IMG/VR virus record: IMGVR_UViG_3300010163_000010
Location: 1-64,000 of that record
Source of the DNA: a virus
Taxonomy: Duplodnaviria; Caudoviricetes
Length of the DNA: 64,000 bases
Strand: one strand, 5' to 3'
The translations under genes and the position numbers were made by a program. Within the stretch, counting starts at the first letter, position 1; the number at the start of each line of letters is the position of its first letter. Under the pieces are notes generated by a model. The model searched no databases and was not told the origin of the DNA. It saw nothing but the letters and a program-made list of their open reading frames with translations. Below, in pieces: positions 49,437-59,507 of this stretch.

Positions 49437-51614
49437 TTGACCTATGACTTTCTTAAGACCTTATACACCGATATCGTTCAAATGATTAAGGGAATGGTCG
49501 TAAAGCGAGCAGACCTTGCTCGTGAAAATGATACCATTGATACGATACGAGCGTTCGAAACGTACTTATCATGCGTGAATGGGACTCGGTATTTTCATAC
49601 ATTCAAGCCGTATGATATTCGAGTTCTCAAAAAGTATTATCCGGAAGATTTCGCGAATCGATGCTATGCCAATCCAGAAGCTATTCCTGTAGATGATCGA
49701 AATATGATCGTTAAGGATCAGGCTCAGCTTATTCTGGATACGTATGAAGAGAAGAATGAGTATTATCGGATACTCATGGGATTGCCCAGGCTTGATGATC
49801 ATCGATGGATCTACATAACCGACCAGCCGGATATCCGCAAAGATGTTCCGATTCATAAGTTGTCGATAGAGGAGATTTCACGCTTGGAGGTTCGGGGTAT
49901 TCTCCCCAAACTCCGCAGAAATAATCCTACAAAGCAATATCTCGATTATCTGGGTATTAATGCCATTGATCACCTTGATGCGCGGTTAGCTAAGCCATTT
50001 GAGATTCTTCGGTTGGGAATATGCTCCAATCCTCGTACTGAGGAGATGTTCCGGGAGCAATATTACAGAGCTAGATCTTATATAATGGCTACGATCTATC
50101 ATCGGGAAGAGTTTACCACTAAGACTCTTTATGATCCGGTTATTGGCATGCTAATGGTAACATTGGCGGCTGCCAATACGCTTGTGCCCAGCGAGAAAGA
50201 TTACCTTAACTTCGAAGAGATGCTCAATGCCATACTGGAATCTTATGGATTCCTCAGGTACTTTGAAAAGTTTCCGTTTACGTATAAACGGAGACTGGTC
50301 ATTGCTCTTGATCAACTTCTCAAGGTTAAAGGTACCGATGGGGTTCTAGTCGACGTATGCAGATTGTTTTCTCCTGATAATGATCTGATAGCTAACCGAT
50401 ACTATCTCATGAAGACACAAACCAAAGATCTTGATGGTAACGTAATCTTCAGCGGTAATCCTAATACGGATTATACCCTTCAGTTTGTCAAGTCTTCTAT
50501 TATTGAGCATGATATCAGCATGCAGGAAGAAGACCGGCTATCATATGAATCTGTAACAGATAATGATTACCTGTGGCAGCTTACACCAGACGAGAAGGAG
50601 AATCTTCTCACTAAAGACTTTAACCTGATGTTTACAAAATACGTTGGGGTTGATGCTGCGTATGACATTACGTCTTTAGTGTTTGAGGTATGCTGCTTTA
50701 TCAATCTGCTGATGTATGCCAGGGACAACCTGGCAAAAGTCACTATTCCCAATGTATATGCTACAGAAGGAAAGTGTTCTTTGTTCACGATGTTGAACTT
50801 TTTGCTTGCGGCAATGTCTCTGCGAGCGGGATTCGATGGGAATATTATCTATGAACCAGAGTCAATCGCCGAGATATGGCGATTCAACTATGGAGACATT
50901 CATGATAAACTTCAGGAAATTGTTGACAAGTATGAACTTCGTATTGATGTAGACAGGACATTGGTTGAAGGTTTCGATATTGAGCTTGCCGGACCTGCCG
51001 GCAACAATAATGCTACCGATATGATTAACATTTACGTCAAGAATCGTGAGCTATTTGACGCTATCTTAGACGAAATGAATTCAACTAATGATATTGGACA
51101 TTATATCGCTCTATCTAACACTAAAGATATGCTATTCACGTCATGTATAGAACGAAAGACATTTGTTAAGACAGATGGAACAATAGCTGCTACGTATCGT
51201 GATATGCTTAGCGATCTTGATCTGCGGTTGGTGAGCAAACTTGACAGTGTAGCCGATGACGAAGATAAACAGAATGCTCTCATTGTGTATATTCTGGAGC
51301 GTCTTGAGGAGATGTTTAATTCTCCGGAACTGCATTATCTGTTTTTGAATACTCCAACAGTTTACTCTACTCTCATTGGTAAGTATATTCGTATTGCGAT
51401 CAACGTATTCAAGTCTGCACCGACACAGCTTCGATCCGTCAATGTATTCTTCAATATCGGCGAACGTACCCCTGTGCGGGTTATCGATGAAGAAGAGGGC
51501 GAAGTTGTTCATAATGTAGACGATTGGATACATGTACAGGATGAACTCACGATTCATCGAGAGGTATTTCTCGATGAAGTAGTATGTGTAGGCAATAAGG
51601 TTTACGAAGAATAA
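49437..51614 (+). CDS. virion structural protein (baseplate wedge-like)
   Basis: 725 aa; YEEKNEYYRILMGLP and LLKVKGT patterns; AGGAGG RBS and late promoter. Confidence 0.6.
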   Translation: MTYDFLKTLYTDIVQMIKGMVVKRADLARENDTIDTIRAFETYLSCVNGTRYFHTFKPYDIRVLKKYYPEDFANRCYANPEAIPVDDRNMIVKDQAQLILDTYEEKNEYYRILMGLPRLDDHRWIYITDQPDIRKDVPIHKLSIEEISRLEVRGILPKLRRNNPTKQYLDYLGINAIDHLDARLAKPFEILRLGICSNPRTEEMFREQYYRARSYIMATIYHREEFTTKTLYDPVIGMLMVTLAAANTLVPSEKDYLNFEEMLNAILESYGFLRYFEKFPFTYKRRLVIALDQLLKVKGTDGVLVDVCRLFSPDNDLIANRYYLMKTQTKDLDGNVIFSGNPNTDYTLQFVKSSIIEHDISMQEEDRLSYESVTDNDYLWQLTPDEKENLLTKDFNLMFTKYVGVDAAYDITSLVFEVCCFINLLMYARDNLAKVTIPNVYATEGKCSLFTMLNFLLAAMSLRAGFDGNIIYEPESIAEIWRFNYGDIHDKLQEIVDKYELRIDVDRTLVEGFDIELAGPAGNNNATDMINIYVKNRELFDAILDEMNSTNDIGHYIALSNTKDMLFTSCIERKTFVKTDGTIAATYRDMLSDLDLRLVSKLDSVADDEDKQNALIVYILERLEEMFNSPELHYLFLNTPTVYSTLIGKYIRIAINVFKSAPTQLRSVNVFFNIGERTPVRVIDEEEGEVVHNVDDWIHVQDELTIHREVFLDEVVCVGNKVYEE

Positions 51615-51641
51615 ATTTAGAGGAAGGAGCGTTAAAGGCTA

Positions 51642-52529
51642 ATGGCACGTCTTTTTAGTAAAGGCGACAAAGCTCGGGTCTACGATGAGCTGCGCGATTC
51701 CGCCGGTAATATCCTGGCCGCTGGTTCTGGACATCAGATCATTGGTGACGTAGAAGTCATCTATAGATCCACGCGGAATGGGAAGCCGATTTTTACCAAG
51801 ACCCATTATACGAATGATCTGTTGGTCACTGGTGCCGTGTTCTTGTCCGAGAAGGTTAATAACGTCCGGTCATCGTTCTTAACTACGCCGATCGATTATT
51901 CCCTTGGTATTCACAAGATCGAGGAGATCGAGCGTACGTCAAAGACTGTTCCGCAGGAGCATATCGTCGGCTTCTGCGTGGGCGTTGGTGGTACTGGCGG
52001 CACCTATAATACTGTGCATAAAGTGCATAAGACTGATCTCACCGTTCCCACAATGGTTCCGTTCCGTGTAGTTAAGCTGGATCGAGATTTGCAGGCACAA
52101 GAGCGCCGGCGTTATCTTCTGCGGATTGTAAAGGGTGATTATGCCTATTACTACGGCAAACGGTTCAGCGTTGATCGTGAGATCAATGTCCTCTATGAGG
52201 ATGGAACAGTTGTACCTGTCGATGTGAATCTCATTGGAGATACTAACAAGAAGTTTATCAAGACGTTCACCAAATACACCTGCACGATCGATGAGACTGA
52301 TATCAGAGAGTATTTCAAGGTAACGGAAGGCTCAACACAACATTCTTTGGTGAACTCTATCGGTCTGCTCACCGGGTATCTCGGGAGAGCTGGTGACTCC
52401 GATGAGAAGAAAGATAACTTCGATGAGGTTTACAATGCACGGATGATGACCACGCTGAATACTGAGAACGGTGAGCTGAAGGATTCACAGTCTACGATCA
52501 AATATAACTATCGGCTGTATTTTGTGTAA
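51642..52529 (+). CDS. virion structural protein (baseplate-associated)
   Basis: 295-aa beta-rich protein (NDLLVTGA, VPFRV, YYYGKRF) in a late operon. Confidence 0.55.
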   Translation: MARLFSKGDKARVYDELRDSAGNILAAGSGHQIIGDVEVIYRSTRNGKPIFTKTHYTNDLLVTGAVFLSEKVNNVRSSFLTTPIDYSLGIHKIEEIERTSKTVPQEHIVGFCVGVGGTGGTYNTVHKVHKTDLTVPTMVPFRVVKLDRDLQAQERRRYLLRIVKGDYAYYYGKRFSVDREINVLYEDGTVVPVDVNLIGDTNKKFIKTFTKYTCTIDETDIREYFKVTEGSTQHSLVNSIGLLTGYLGRAGDSDEKKDNFDEVYNARMMTTLNTENGELKDSQSTIKYNYRLYFV

Positions 52530-52548
52530 GTCTTGGGAGTGATACATT

Positions 52549-53775
52549 ATGGGAAGAATGTTAACTCCTGAGCAGCAAGCAGAAGCTTTTGCGATAATGA
52601 AGGATCCTAAGAATATCGATGTCCATGTTCTCAGTGCGTTGTTTGCTTATCACAAAAAGAGTGGCATCAAGTTCAGTGTTGAGGACGGGATAGTTATCGG
52701 CCCCAACGAGTCGCCGTTTGTGAAGCCCAATACTGTGACGACACTTGGGATCTATATCGCAAATAAGTACCTGCTTGAAGATCTTGGTATCTTCGGATAC
52801 ATAAATAAGAACATCAACGGGAAACTGCAAGAGAAGATCGATAATGCAATGGGAAAAGCCTGTCAGGCTCGAGAAATTACTCCTGAACAGTATGCTAACT
52901 ACATCGACCGAGGTCAGTGGCTGTATGGTGGTCCCTTTGGGTTTATCTCTGGTGTCTCGTTGTCTCATACAATTATGGAACTGCCTCCCGCGGCAAAGAA
53001 ACAGCGTAAGCAATTGATCGAAGAGAATCAAGATGCGATCGCGGCCAACGATGCCCAGGCTGTTCGTAATATGGAGCTCAAGATTGTTGATACCGCACTG
53101 AATGAGATGCGCAAGAAGGATGATCCGGCTATGGCGCTCTTTGATTCCGGATGCGGCATCGATCCTAAGAACCAGTACAAGACGATTTTTGTCATGAAGG
53201 GAGCCGTACAGGATAATACAGGAGAATCTCCTACTGGATATAAAGTCATCACTTCAAACTATGACGAAGGAATTACCAAAGAGGACATGCCTAAGATTGC
53301 TGATACTGTAGTAAGCAGTGCGTATTCTACTGGAGTATCCACGCAGGATTCTGGAACTAATGGTAAGAAGTACAACGCTTTGTTCCAGCGGGTGAGACTT
53401 CGGGAGCGTGGATCTGATTGTGGCACTAAGGATACTATTGATGTTACCATAACAGCAGATAATGCTGATAATTATATCTATCGCAATATCCTTGAAGGAT
53501 CGAAACTTGTCATGCTGATGCCGGATACGATTGGCAATTACATCGGAAAAACGGTGCATATGCGAACTGGTATTCATTGTAAGTGTCCTGATCCGGAGTA
53601 CTGTTCTGCTTGTATTGGTGATAGGCCGTATCGCGTTGGAATCCGTAATATCGGGTATGCATTTATGTCAATCTCCGGCTCTACTCTTAATGCATCGATG
53701 AAGAAAAAGCACGATATTTCAATAAAGACATATAAGGTCACGCTGCATGATATGCTTAAATACGTTGACCAGTGA
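52549..53775 (+). CDS. phage RNA polymerase beta' subunit, C-terminal part
   Basis: Bridge-helix-like STQDSG, DCGT, Zn site MRT...C...CSAC.G and trigger-loop-like NIG...LNASMKKKH. Confidence 0.88.
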   Translation: MGRMLTPEQQAEAFAIMKDPKNIDVHVLSALFAYHKKSGIKFSVEDGIVIGPNESPFVKPNTVTTLGIYIANKYLLEDLGIFGYINKNINGKLQEKIDNAMGKACQAREITPEQYANYIDRGQWLYGGPFGFISGVSLSHTIMELPPAAKKQRKQLIEENQDAIAANDAQAVRNMELKIVDTALNEMRKKDDPAMALFDSGCGIDPKNQYKTIFVMKGAVQDNTGESPTGYKVITSNYDEGITKEDMPKIADTVVSSAYSTGVSTQDSGTNGKKYNALFQRVRLRERGSDCGTKDTIDVTITADNADNYIYRNILEGSKLVMLMPDTIGNYIGKTVHMRTGIHCKCPDPEYCSACIGDRPYRVGIRNIGYAFMSISGSTLNASMKKKHDISIKTYKVTLHDMLKYVDQ

Positions 53776-53797
53776 AGTTTTGGAGGTGTATTAACAA

Positions 53798-54415
53798 ATG
53801 ATACCTGATATTAACGAGCAGTACGCTTTTCGTACTGAGGTAAGTATTAGTAATGGCGAAGAGCGTATGGCCAAGTTCTACCGCAACGAAGATCTGAACT
53901 ACATGCGTAAGAAGCTGAACGCCAGCCGCAATCGCAGCAGCCGTGAGTTGGGTTATATGGGCAACCGGTGTTACGAGGCGGCTCGGACTCTTGTGGAATC
54001 GCTCGAGACCATTTATCGGCTTGAGGATTCTCAGCAGTTTGAGTTCATTACGACCGATACTGTTCTTGCGATTCCTAACGACACCAACTTCGCGGAAGCT
54101 GTTTTGACAACATCTGGGTACGTCCTTGCGCATGTTGAGCACATGGGAATTAAAGCGGAATCGATATTTCCGTACGACATTACCATTGCATTTACGCAGC
54201 AGGGTGGCCCTGAGAATGATGTCTATACACTACATTTTCAGTTCTATGATAAACAGATTGCTGATAACGACGGAACAAAAGTTAGCACGGTGAATGCTAA
54301 ACAAACCATTAAGGGCGCTATCCCGGCTCCTAGCGCTATTGGAATGAGCTTTATGCGTGCATATCAGCAAGCTCAAGCAAATACCCCAGGACATTATTTC
54401 CATACGGGCGATTAA
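53798..54415 (+). CDS. hypothetical protein
   Basis: 205 aa with GGAGGT RBS. Confidence 0.65.
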   Translation: MIPDINEQYAFRTEVSISNGEERMAKFYRNEDLNYMRKKLNASRNRSSRELGYMGNRCYEAARTLVESLETIYRLEDSQQFEFITTDTVLAIPNDTNFAEAVLTTSGYVLAHVEHMGIKAESIFPYDITIAFTQQGGPENDVYTLHFQFYDKQIADNDGTKVSTVNAKQTIKGAIPAPSAIGMSFMRAYQQAQANTPGHYFHTGD

Positions 54416-54429
54416 AGCAGGTGTGATAA

Positions 54430-54933
54430 ATGACTGGTGCATCTATTGGTCAGGCCATATGGGTAATCCATAATGGCGCTACAACTACCGCTACATTGGG
54501 AACCCTGTATGCGGAGTATGTTGCTGGCCGCATTGGTCAGTATCAAATATACTATGTAGACCCGCAGTCAATCGAGGATTCCCGTAAAGAGAAGATCCTG
54601 AAACCTCTGGTAGGCGCCATGAGTATAACTGACGTTCAAAATCAAGGCATTCATCAAAAGGTAACAGTTACTTCTGAGGATGAGTTGTCGGTAACCCTAG
54701 GCGCTACTGGAGCATTACTGGATTTTGCTGATTTTGATCCACCTCATATAACAGTGAACTACCCATCGAATACCAAGCATTATGTAACTGCGCTTAGATC
54801 TCTTGGTGGTCCTCCAGGTGATACCATCTTTGTGCGCAAAGTTACCGGGTATCGTATGACTGGTTCCTGTAATGTGATCACACTTCCGGTTCCAAATATG
54901 ATTGCTGATTCAGGCTTTGTAATTATGGCTTGA
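54430..54933 (+). CDS. hypothetical protein
   Basis: 167 aa, in the same operon. Confidence 0.6.
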   Translation: MTGASIGQAIWVIHNGATTTATLGTLYAEYVAGRIGQYQIYYVDPQSIEDSRKEKILKPLVGAMSITDVQNQGIHQKVTVTSEDELSVTLGATGALLDFADFDPPHITVNYPSNTKHYVTALRSLGGPPGDTIFVRKVTGYRMTGSCNVITLPVPNMIADSGFVIMA

Positions 54934-54955
54934 TACACAGCATAATATATGTATA

Positions 54956-55426
54956 AACGGGAGTTCATGGATGCGATGATACCTTGCATATTGGCTATTG
55001 CTGGTCATCCTAGGTAAGACCGTTGTTGTAATCTGGCCAAATTACGACAGGCAACATGCTGATTGCTGCGTGGACTCTATATCGGTGATCCCGTTAATAA
55101 AATATCTGATCTTTTCCATTTGGCAGAAACAGCTCATGCTCATACAATTTAATACAGTGTCCTTCTTCTTTGGTACACAGGCGTGTAACTGAAAGCGGTT
55201 GGGAAGCGGCATTAACAATGCTTGGCGGCAACGAGTGCCGCTTCCCACATTATATCCAGACTTGTCCATGCGGGACCACGAGGCTCATAACCTGAAGTCT
55301 GGGCGCCTCTGTCGTTTTGCCAGCGGCAGTGTCACTTCCTCCTCTTTATACCGTGGCGGCTAGATGGATTTCAGGTTGGCCTCCGGGTTTGGACATGCCC
55401 GGAGGCCGATCTAATTTCCGTCCCAC
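54956..55426 (+). ncRNA. candidate structured ncRNA region containing a tRNA-fMet-like anticodon arm
   Basis: Many stems with G-U pairs on the + strand; AGGCTCATAACCTGAAG at 55281-55297. Confidence 0.5.
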
Positions 55427-55446
55427 AAGGAAATCAAAGGAGTAAT

Positions 55447-56106
55447 ATGATGAGTAAGATTAAAGAGTGGTTCATCAAGTTTATGAACAAACTTGGGTTC
55501 TACACTGATAAGCAGGTACTTGAACGTTGCATCGATAATAATAGCAACTATGAGAAAATTATCGATACCATGAAGGGCGATATGGCCAAGCTGAAAGAAG
55601 AGGTTCATCAGCTCAGCATTCAGAATTTGGACCTCAATATGCAGAACAAACGGCTGGTGGATGCGCCGTTCGAAAATCAGGAGTACATAAAAGACCTCCA
55701 AACACAGCTTGGGGACATACTTCATGTTTCCCCATGTTTTGAATTTTCGAATGACATGGCTATCCCTGGATCTACATGCATCGTTACCGGCATTGAGGAT
55801 GATCCGCAGGGAGATGAGCGTTTCACAGTCGTAAGAGGACGGACCGTATTAACTGACGATATGACTCCGCTTATCGATCAGACTAAGAGCATTGAAGATC
55901 GCATGTCTCTGCTTATGGACTATATGAAACGGTGGGGTTTGTGTGATCGAATTGTGCGTGATCTGATGAGTTACGGGGCACTGTCAGTTAGTTTGGCGTA
56001 CAACAAAAACTGTACGGCATATGAGATGTATTATCAACTGTCGGCAGTCAGAATCACTGGTTCTGCGACATTCACGATTAATGATAGCGTGAAGTACGAA
56101 AACTAA
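55447..56106 (+). CDS. hypothetical coiled-coil protein
   Basis: 219 aa with AAGGAG RBS. Confidence 0.65.
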   Translation: MMSKIKEWFIKFMNKLGFYTDKQVLERCIDNNSNYEKIIDTMKGDMAKLKEEVHQLSIQNLDLNMQNKRLVDAPFENQEYIKDLQTQLGDILHVSPCFEFSNDMAIPGSTCIVTGIEDDPQGDERFTVVRGRTVLTDDMTPLIDQTKSIEDRMSLLMDYMKRWGLCDRIVRDLMSYGALSVSLAYNKNCTAYEMYYQLSAVRITGSATFTINDSVKYEN

Positions 56107-56120
56107 ACGGAGAATATACA

Positions 56121-56142
56121 GGGGAGGCCATATGGCCTCCCC
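56121..56142. terminator. perfect palindrome GGGGAGGCCATATGGCCTCCCC, bidirectional terminator
   Basis: Lies between convergent genes. Confidence 0.7.
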
Positions 56143-56149
56143 GTTGCTT

Positions 56150-56623
56150 TTACTCTTCGGTATTGTTTATTTCCGTGGACTCATCGGTCTCATAGTCAAG
56201 GACCGCCATCTCTGCCTGAGGATCAGGAATATCGATCCCGAGATTCCCTTCGACATAATCCTCAGCGTCAATGGCTCCTCCAATCATCTCGAAGAGCTTG
56301 GACGCAGCCTCGGCCAACTGCTTGGAGCGATTGGCGTCGATAACACCCTCGCTGATGCAGTATATTGCGATCGATGCAATCTCCAGAATGGCGAAGACGA
56401 TAATTGCAGTGGTGTTGTTGCTGCATCCGATCATTCCGCAGATACCAACGATGCATCCGGCCGCCGACATCCAGAACTTGCGGGACTTGATTTTCTCCTT
56501 CCAGTTCGGCCTGGTTGTCTGGGTTTCCACCAGAGTGCTGGCCAATCGGATGAGCTCATCGGTGTTATCCGCAAGCATCGTCAGTTGTTCCTGTGTCAAA
56601 GTATTGGTCTGCTGATCCTCCAT
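56150..56623 (-). CDS. holin (SRKFW type)
   Basis: WKEKIKSRKFW followed by two TM helices and YCISEGVIDA; GAGGAGG RBS. Confidence 0.8.
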   Translation of the reverse strand: MEDQQTNTLTQEQLTMLADNTDELIRLASTLVETQTTRPNWKEKIKSRKFWMSAAGCIVGICGMIGCSNNTTAIIVFAILEIASIAIYCISEGVIDANRSKQLAEAASKLFEMIGGAIDAEDYVEGNLGIDIPDPQAEMAVLDYETDESTEINNTEE

Positions 56624-57047
56624 TGTTTATTTCCTCCTCTGTTACAATGGTATTTGGTGGTTCTGGTATGTTAAAAGTAGGCTCAGGCGTACTCATACCA
56701 CGAGTTGGATTGGGGTTGTCTCGAATCGTTTTAGCCCACGGGAAGTCATTATATTTGAACACGTTTTCGATCGTCTTAGTGATGAGGTAGAATCCGATCT
56801 GACCGATGATAATCGTACAGACGTTGCTAGACAAAGTCTCGGCGATAGCAATCTTATCCATGAACGCCAGTATGTAAGAACACCAGATCCAGAGAACACC
56901 GTTGATGGTATAGATCCAGATAAGCTGCTTAGATGTACTATTGAGAGAATATGCCAAGCGCTGTTTGAACGTTATCACCTTAGCCGCAGATATCTCTTCT
57001 CTTTTTTCTTCCCGTGATTTGAATAGCTTGATCTTCATGGGAATCAC
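56565..57047 (-). CDS. two-TM membrane protein (holin-associated)
   Basis: Two hydrophobic helices; YL..K..EN pattern. Confidence 0.6.
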   Translation of the reverse strand: MIPMKIKLFKSREEKREEISAAKVITFKQRLAYSLNSTSKQLIWIYTINGVLWIWCSYILAFMDKIAIAETLSSNVCTIIIGQIGFYLITKTIENVFKYNDFPWAKTIRDNPNPTRGMSTPEPTFNIPEPPNTIVTEEEINNGGSADQYFDTGTTDDACG

Positions 57048-59209
57048 TGACTTTCTGTATAGTATTGAGGCGCCCTATTCGTATCGAGAGGTTCTTGCTT
57101 GATAATGGTAAACTGAATAATGTCTCCGATCGCAAGGTCGAATCCAGCATGGAACCTGATGCCTTCATTACACGTATTGTAATCAAGCTCTTCGCGAAGA
57201 ACGGTTTGTCCGTAGTTTACCAGAAGTTTATCAAGACCGAAGACATAATCAGGCACAGTAATCGTAAGTTCTGTACCGGGAGCAAGTGGTGCCGCCGGTT
57301 GATGTTCATATACAAACAGCTTGGTAACAACATTGCCGATACGTGCTTTAACTGCATTGATCTGATCGTTGAGATATGTTTCAAGGTCAGCAACTCCACA
57401 CTGAGTAGATGCAATCCATTCAAACTTGCTGGTAGCGTTTCCGCTGTTGCCCACATAGATGAATTTCTCATCCGCGTGCATCCAGATATCGCCAATGACC
57501 GTATAGTTACCAGTTGCAGGGTCGACATTGGGAGGCTCGATAGGCCGGACATGAATCATTGTAGGTGTGATTCCAAGATTATGTTCAATAGCAACCTCTG
57601 GAATATATGTTGATCCATCCCATGCAGTAAGAGGAGCACCACCGATAAAGTTGCTTTCGCCTTTGTGTTCGATGTACGTCGGATACCTCTTGGTTATATC
57701 GATCTGGCTATGGCTCAATGAGAACCAAGTGTGCATGGCCTCATTGTACACAAGCCAGATATACGATCCAGCTACATAGCCGCCACGAACAGGAGAACCG
57801 AAACAGTCGGCAATAGGCTCAGCAGGTCCATCGATGCATTTGGCAGTTGGTGCGGTTTCCAGGTCGTATTTTAACTTTACCAGTAAGCAGTAATGATCGC
57901 ACAGCTGATCGTATGTGATATCGAGATGAATATGTTGTCCAGATGTTCCCGTAGCATCAATGACGTTGAAGTTAGGGACATCCATCATGGCGCCTTGGAG
58001 GATCGTGAAATACAGATGATCGCCTTTGTTAAGTTCTGTTGTAAGCAGAACTACAGCGCCCATGACGTCAATGTCATAATCGACATCGTACACCAGCATA
58101 TGATTATCTCGAATGACTGTGAGTTCATCCCGTCGTTTATTGTAGTTTGGAACCGGAATAACGGTTGTATGATCGCGATCGGCCTCATATTCCTCATGAA
58201 GAACCTTCAGCGCATACCTGTAGTTACCAGTAGCTCCAAAGTTATTAGGAACAATCGATCCGTTGGATTCAATGAATTCTGTTACCTTCCAGACTATAAC
58301 TTCTCCCGCGGTGAGAGGGAACTTGAACTTAATGACTTTCTCATCATCACTCAATGTATAGTCCAGGTTGTTTCGAAGTATCGTTTGGCCGTAGTTGATT
58401 TCGTATGATTGTGCACCAATAGCTGCAACAGGGACATCCAGTTCATCGGTATCTTTCTCAACGGTTACTTTGTATTCCTTGGTTTCGAGATCATACTTTA
58501 AGGTTCCTCTCTTGGCAGTGGTAATATACGAGGTAATCTTGAAGAAGATGATTTCGCCTTCCATGAAACTGATACCATTGAGGAATCTGATACCGCCTTT
58601 AACGCTGGGCACATAGTCATAATCAATCCCGAATCTGAAGATGGTTTGCCCGTAGTTAATCGTGATCTTATCGATGTTGTGGTCAAATCCTGGAACGTCG
58701 ATAACATACTGGCCATTGTATAGGATCTCGTAAGCATACTCCCGCTCGACAGGAAGAACCACTTTTGTCACATCACTGTATATATCGCTGCTGAGCAGTA
58801 TCCAAGAGTCAAGCTTTTCGCCATAGACCATGAACATAGTAGTTCCCGGCTTCTGACCACCAGGGATTCTGTCACCAGAACCGCTAATGATAGGTTTCGG
58901 GCCGCTGTTGTTGAAGTCGAGAGTAGGTTCACACTCCACGTTAGTGTGAACAGTCAACAACAGGGGAAACCCATCACAAAGTACCTTATCGTGGATATGT
59001 GCTTCAAGGTGCCTGTAAGTTCCGTAGCTGCGAGTGTGATTCAGATGACGCAGCGGACTGGCGACATGCTTATCGTATTGGTGCAAATAGTCTTCAAGCA
59101 CTCCGCCGTTATCGCGCCTTAGAATGTTACTTGTAACTGTTTGCGGAAACATTGTATCCCAAATTTTACGCTTTACATTCCATTGGCGCATGCGGATATA
59201 CCTATTCAT
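57044..59209 (-). CDS. tail fibre / baseplate accessory protein with repeated beta domains
   Basis: Repeated NYGQT....DY modules and an H-N-L-G-x-x-P module; late promoter upstream. Confidence 0.65.
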   Translation of the reverse strand: MNRYIRMRQWNVKRKIWDTMFPQTVTSNILRRDNGGVLEDYLHQYDKHVASPLRHLNHTRSYGTYRHLEAHIHDKVLCDGFPLLLTVHTNVECEPTLDFNNSGPKPIISGSGDRIPGGQKPGTTMFMVYGEKLDSWILLSSDIYSDVTKVVLPVEREYAYEILYNGQYVIDVPGFDHNIDKITINYGQTIFRFGIDYDYVPSVKGGIRFLNGISFMEGEIIFFKITSYITTAKRGTLKYDLETKEYKVTVEKDTDELDVPVAAIGAQSYEINYGQTILRNNLDYTLSDDEKVIKFKFPLTAGEVIVWKVTEFIESNGSIVPNNFGATGNYRYALKVLHEEYEADRDHTTVIPVPNYNKRRDELTVIRDNHMLVYDVDYDIDVMGAVVLLTTELNKGDHLYFTILQGAMMDVPNFNVIDATGTSGQHIHLDITYDQLCDHYCLLVKLKYDLETAPTAKCIDGPAEPIADCFGSPVRGGYVAGSYIWLVYNEAMHTWFSLSHSQIDITKRYPTYIEHKGESNFIGGAPLTAWDGSTYIPEVAIEHNLGITPTMIHVRPIEPPNVDPATGNYTVIGDIWMHADEKFIYVGNSGNATSKFEWIASTQCGVADLETYLNDQINAVKARIGNVVTKLFVYEHQPAAPLAPGTELTITVPDYVFGLDKLLVNYGQTVLREELDYNTCNEGIRFHAGFDLAIGDIIQFTIIKQEPLDTNRAPQYYTESQ

Positions 59210-59230
59210 GGATAACAGACCTCCTTTCTT

Positions 59231-59242
59231 TATATGGTTGTT
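59231..59242 (-). promoter_or_regulatory. putative late promoter AACA-ACCA-TATA
   Basis: About 20 bp upstream of the 59209 start. Confidence 0.6.
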
Positions 59243-59250
59243 TCAGATAG

Positions 59251-59462
59251 ACGGAACCCACCGTGATGCATTGGAGTTGGAGGAGCAAATATAAAGCCAT
59301 ATATACCATGCTCATCAACTATAAAAATTTCATCAGTATCAAACCCATAGTCCTCCGCCGGCGACAATTACGGAATATAGTGCAGTTATTGCTATATGTG
59401 CAGGGATAAGTAACTATTACACATATGTAAATAACCCGCCAACTGCACCTGGTGGGTTCCGT
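59251..59462. repeat. divergent pair of silent cassettes sharing a CGCCGGCG site
   Basis: ACGGAACCCACC (59251) - 93 bp - CGCCGGCG (59356) - 87 bp - GGTGGGTTCCGT (59451); both arms are open in frame. Confidence 0.85.
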
Positions 59463-59475
59463 TAAAGAAATAAAA

Positions 59476-59495
59476 GCGGGGCCATCAGGCCCCGC
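59476..59495 (-). terminator. intrinsic terminator of 59508-61526
   Basis: GCGGGGCC-ATCA-GGCCCCGC followed by TTTT on the minus strand. Confidence 0.7.
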
Positions 59496-59507
59496 AGTAT
59501 GTTTTTC

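Noticed and set aside
55256-55330. canonical tRNA-Met gene
   Set aside because: No T-arm, acceptor stem or CCA end; kept only as a tRNA-like fragment.
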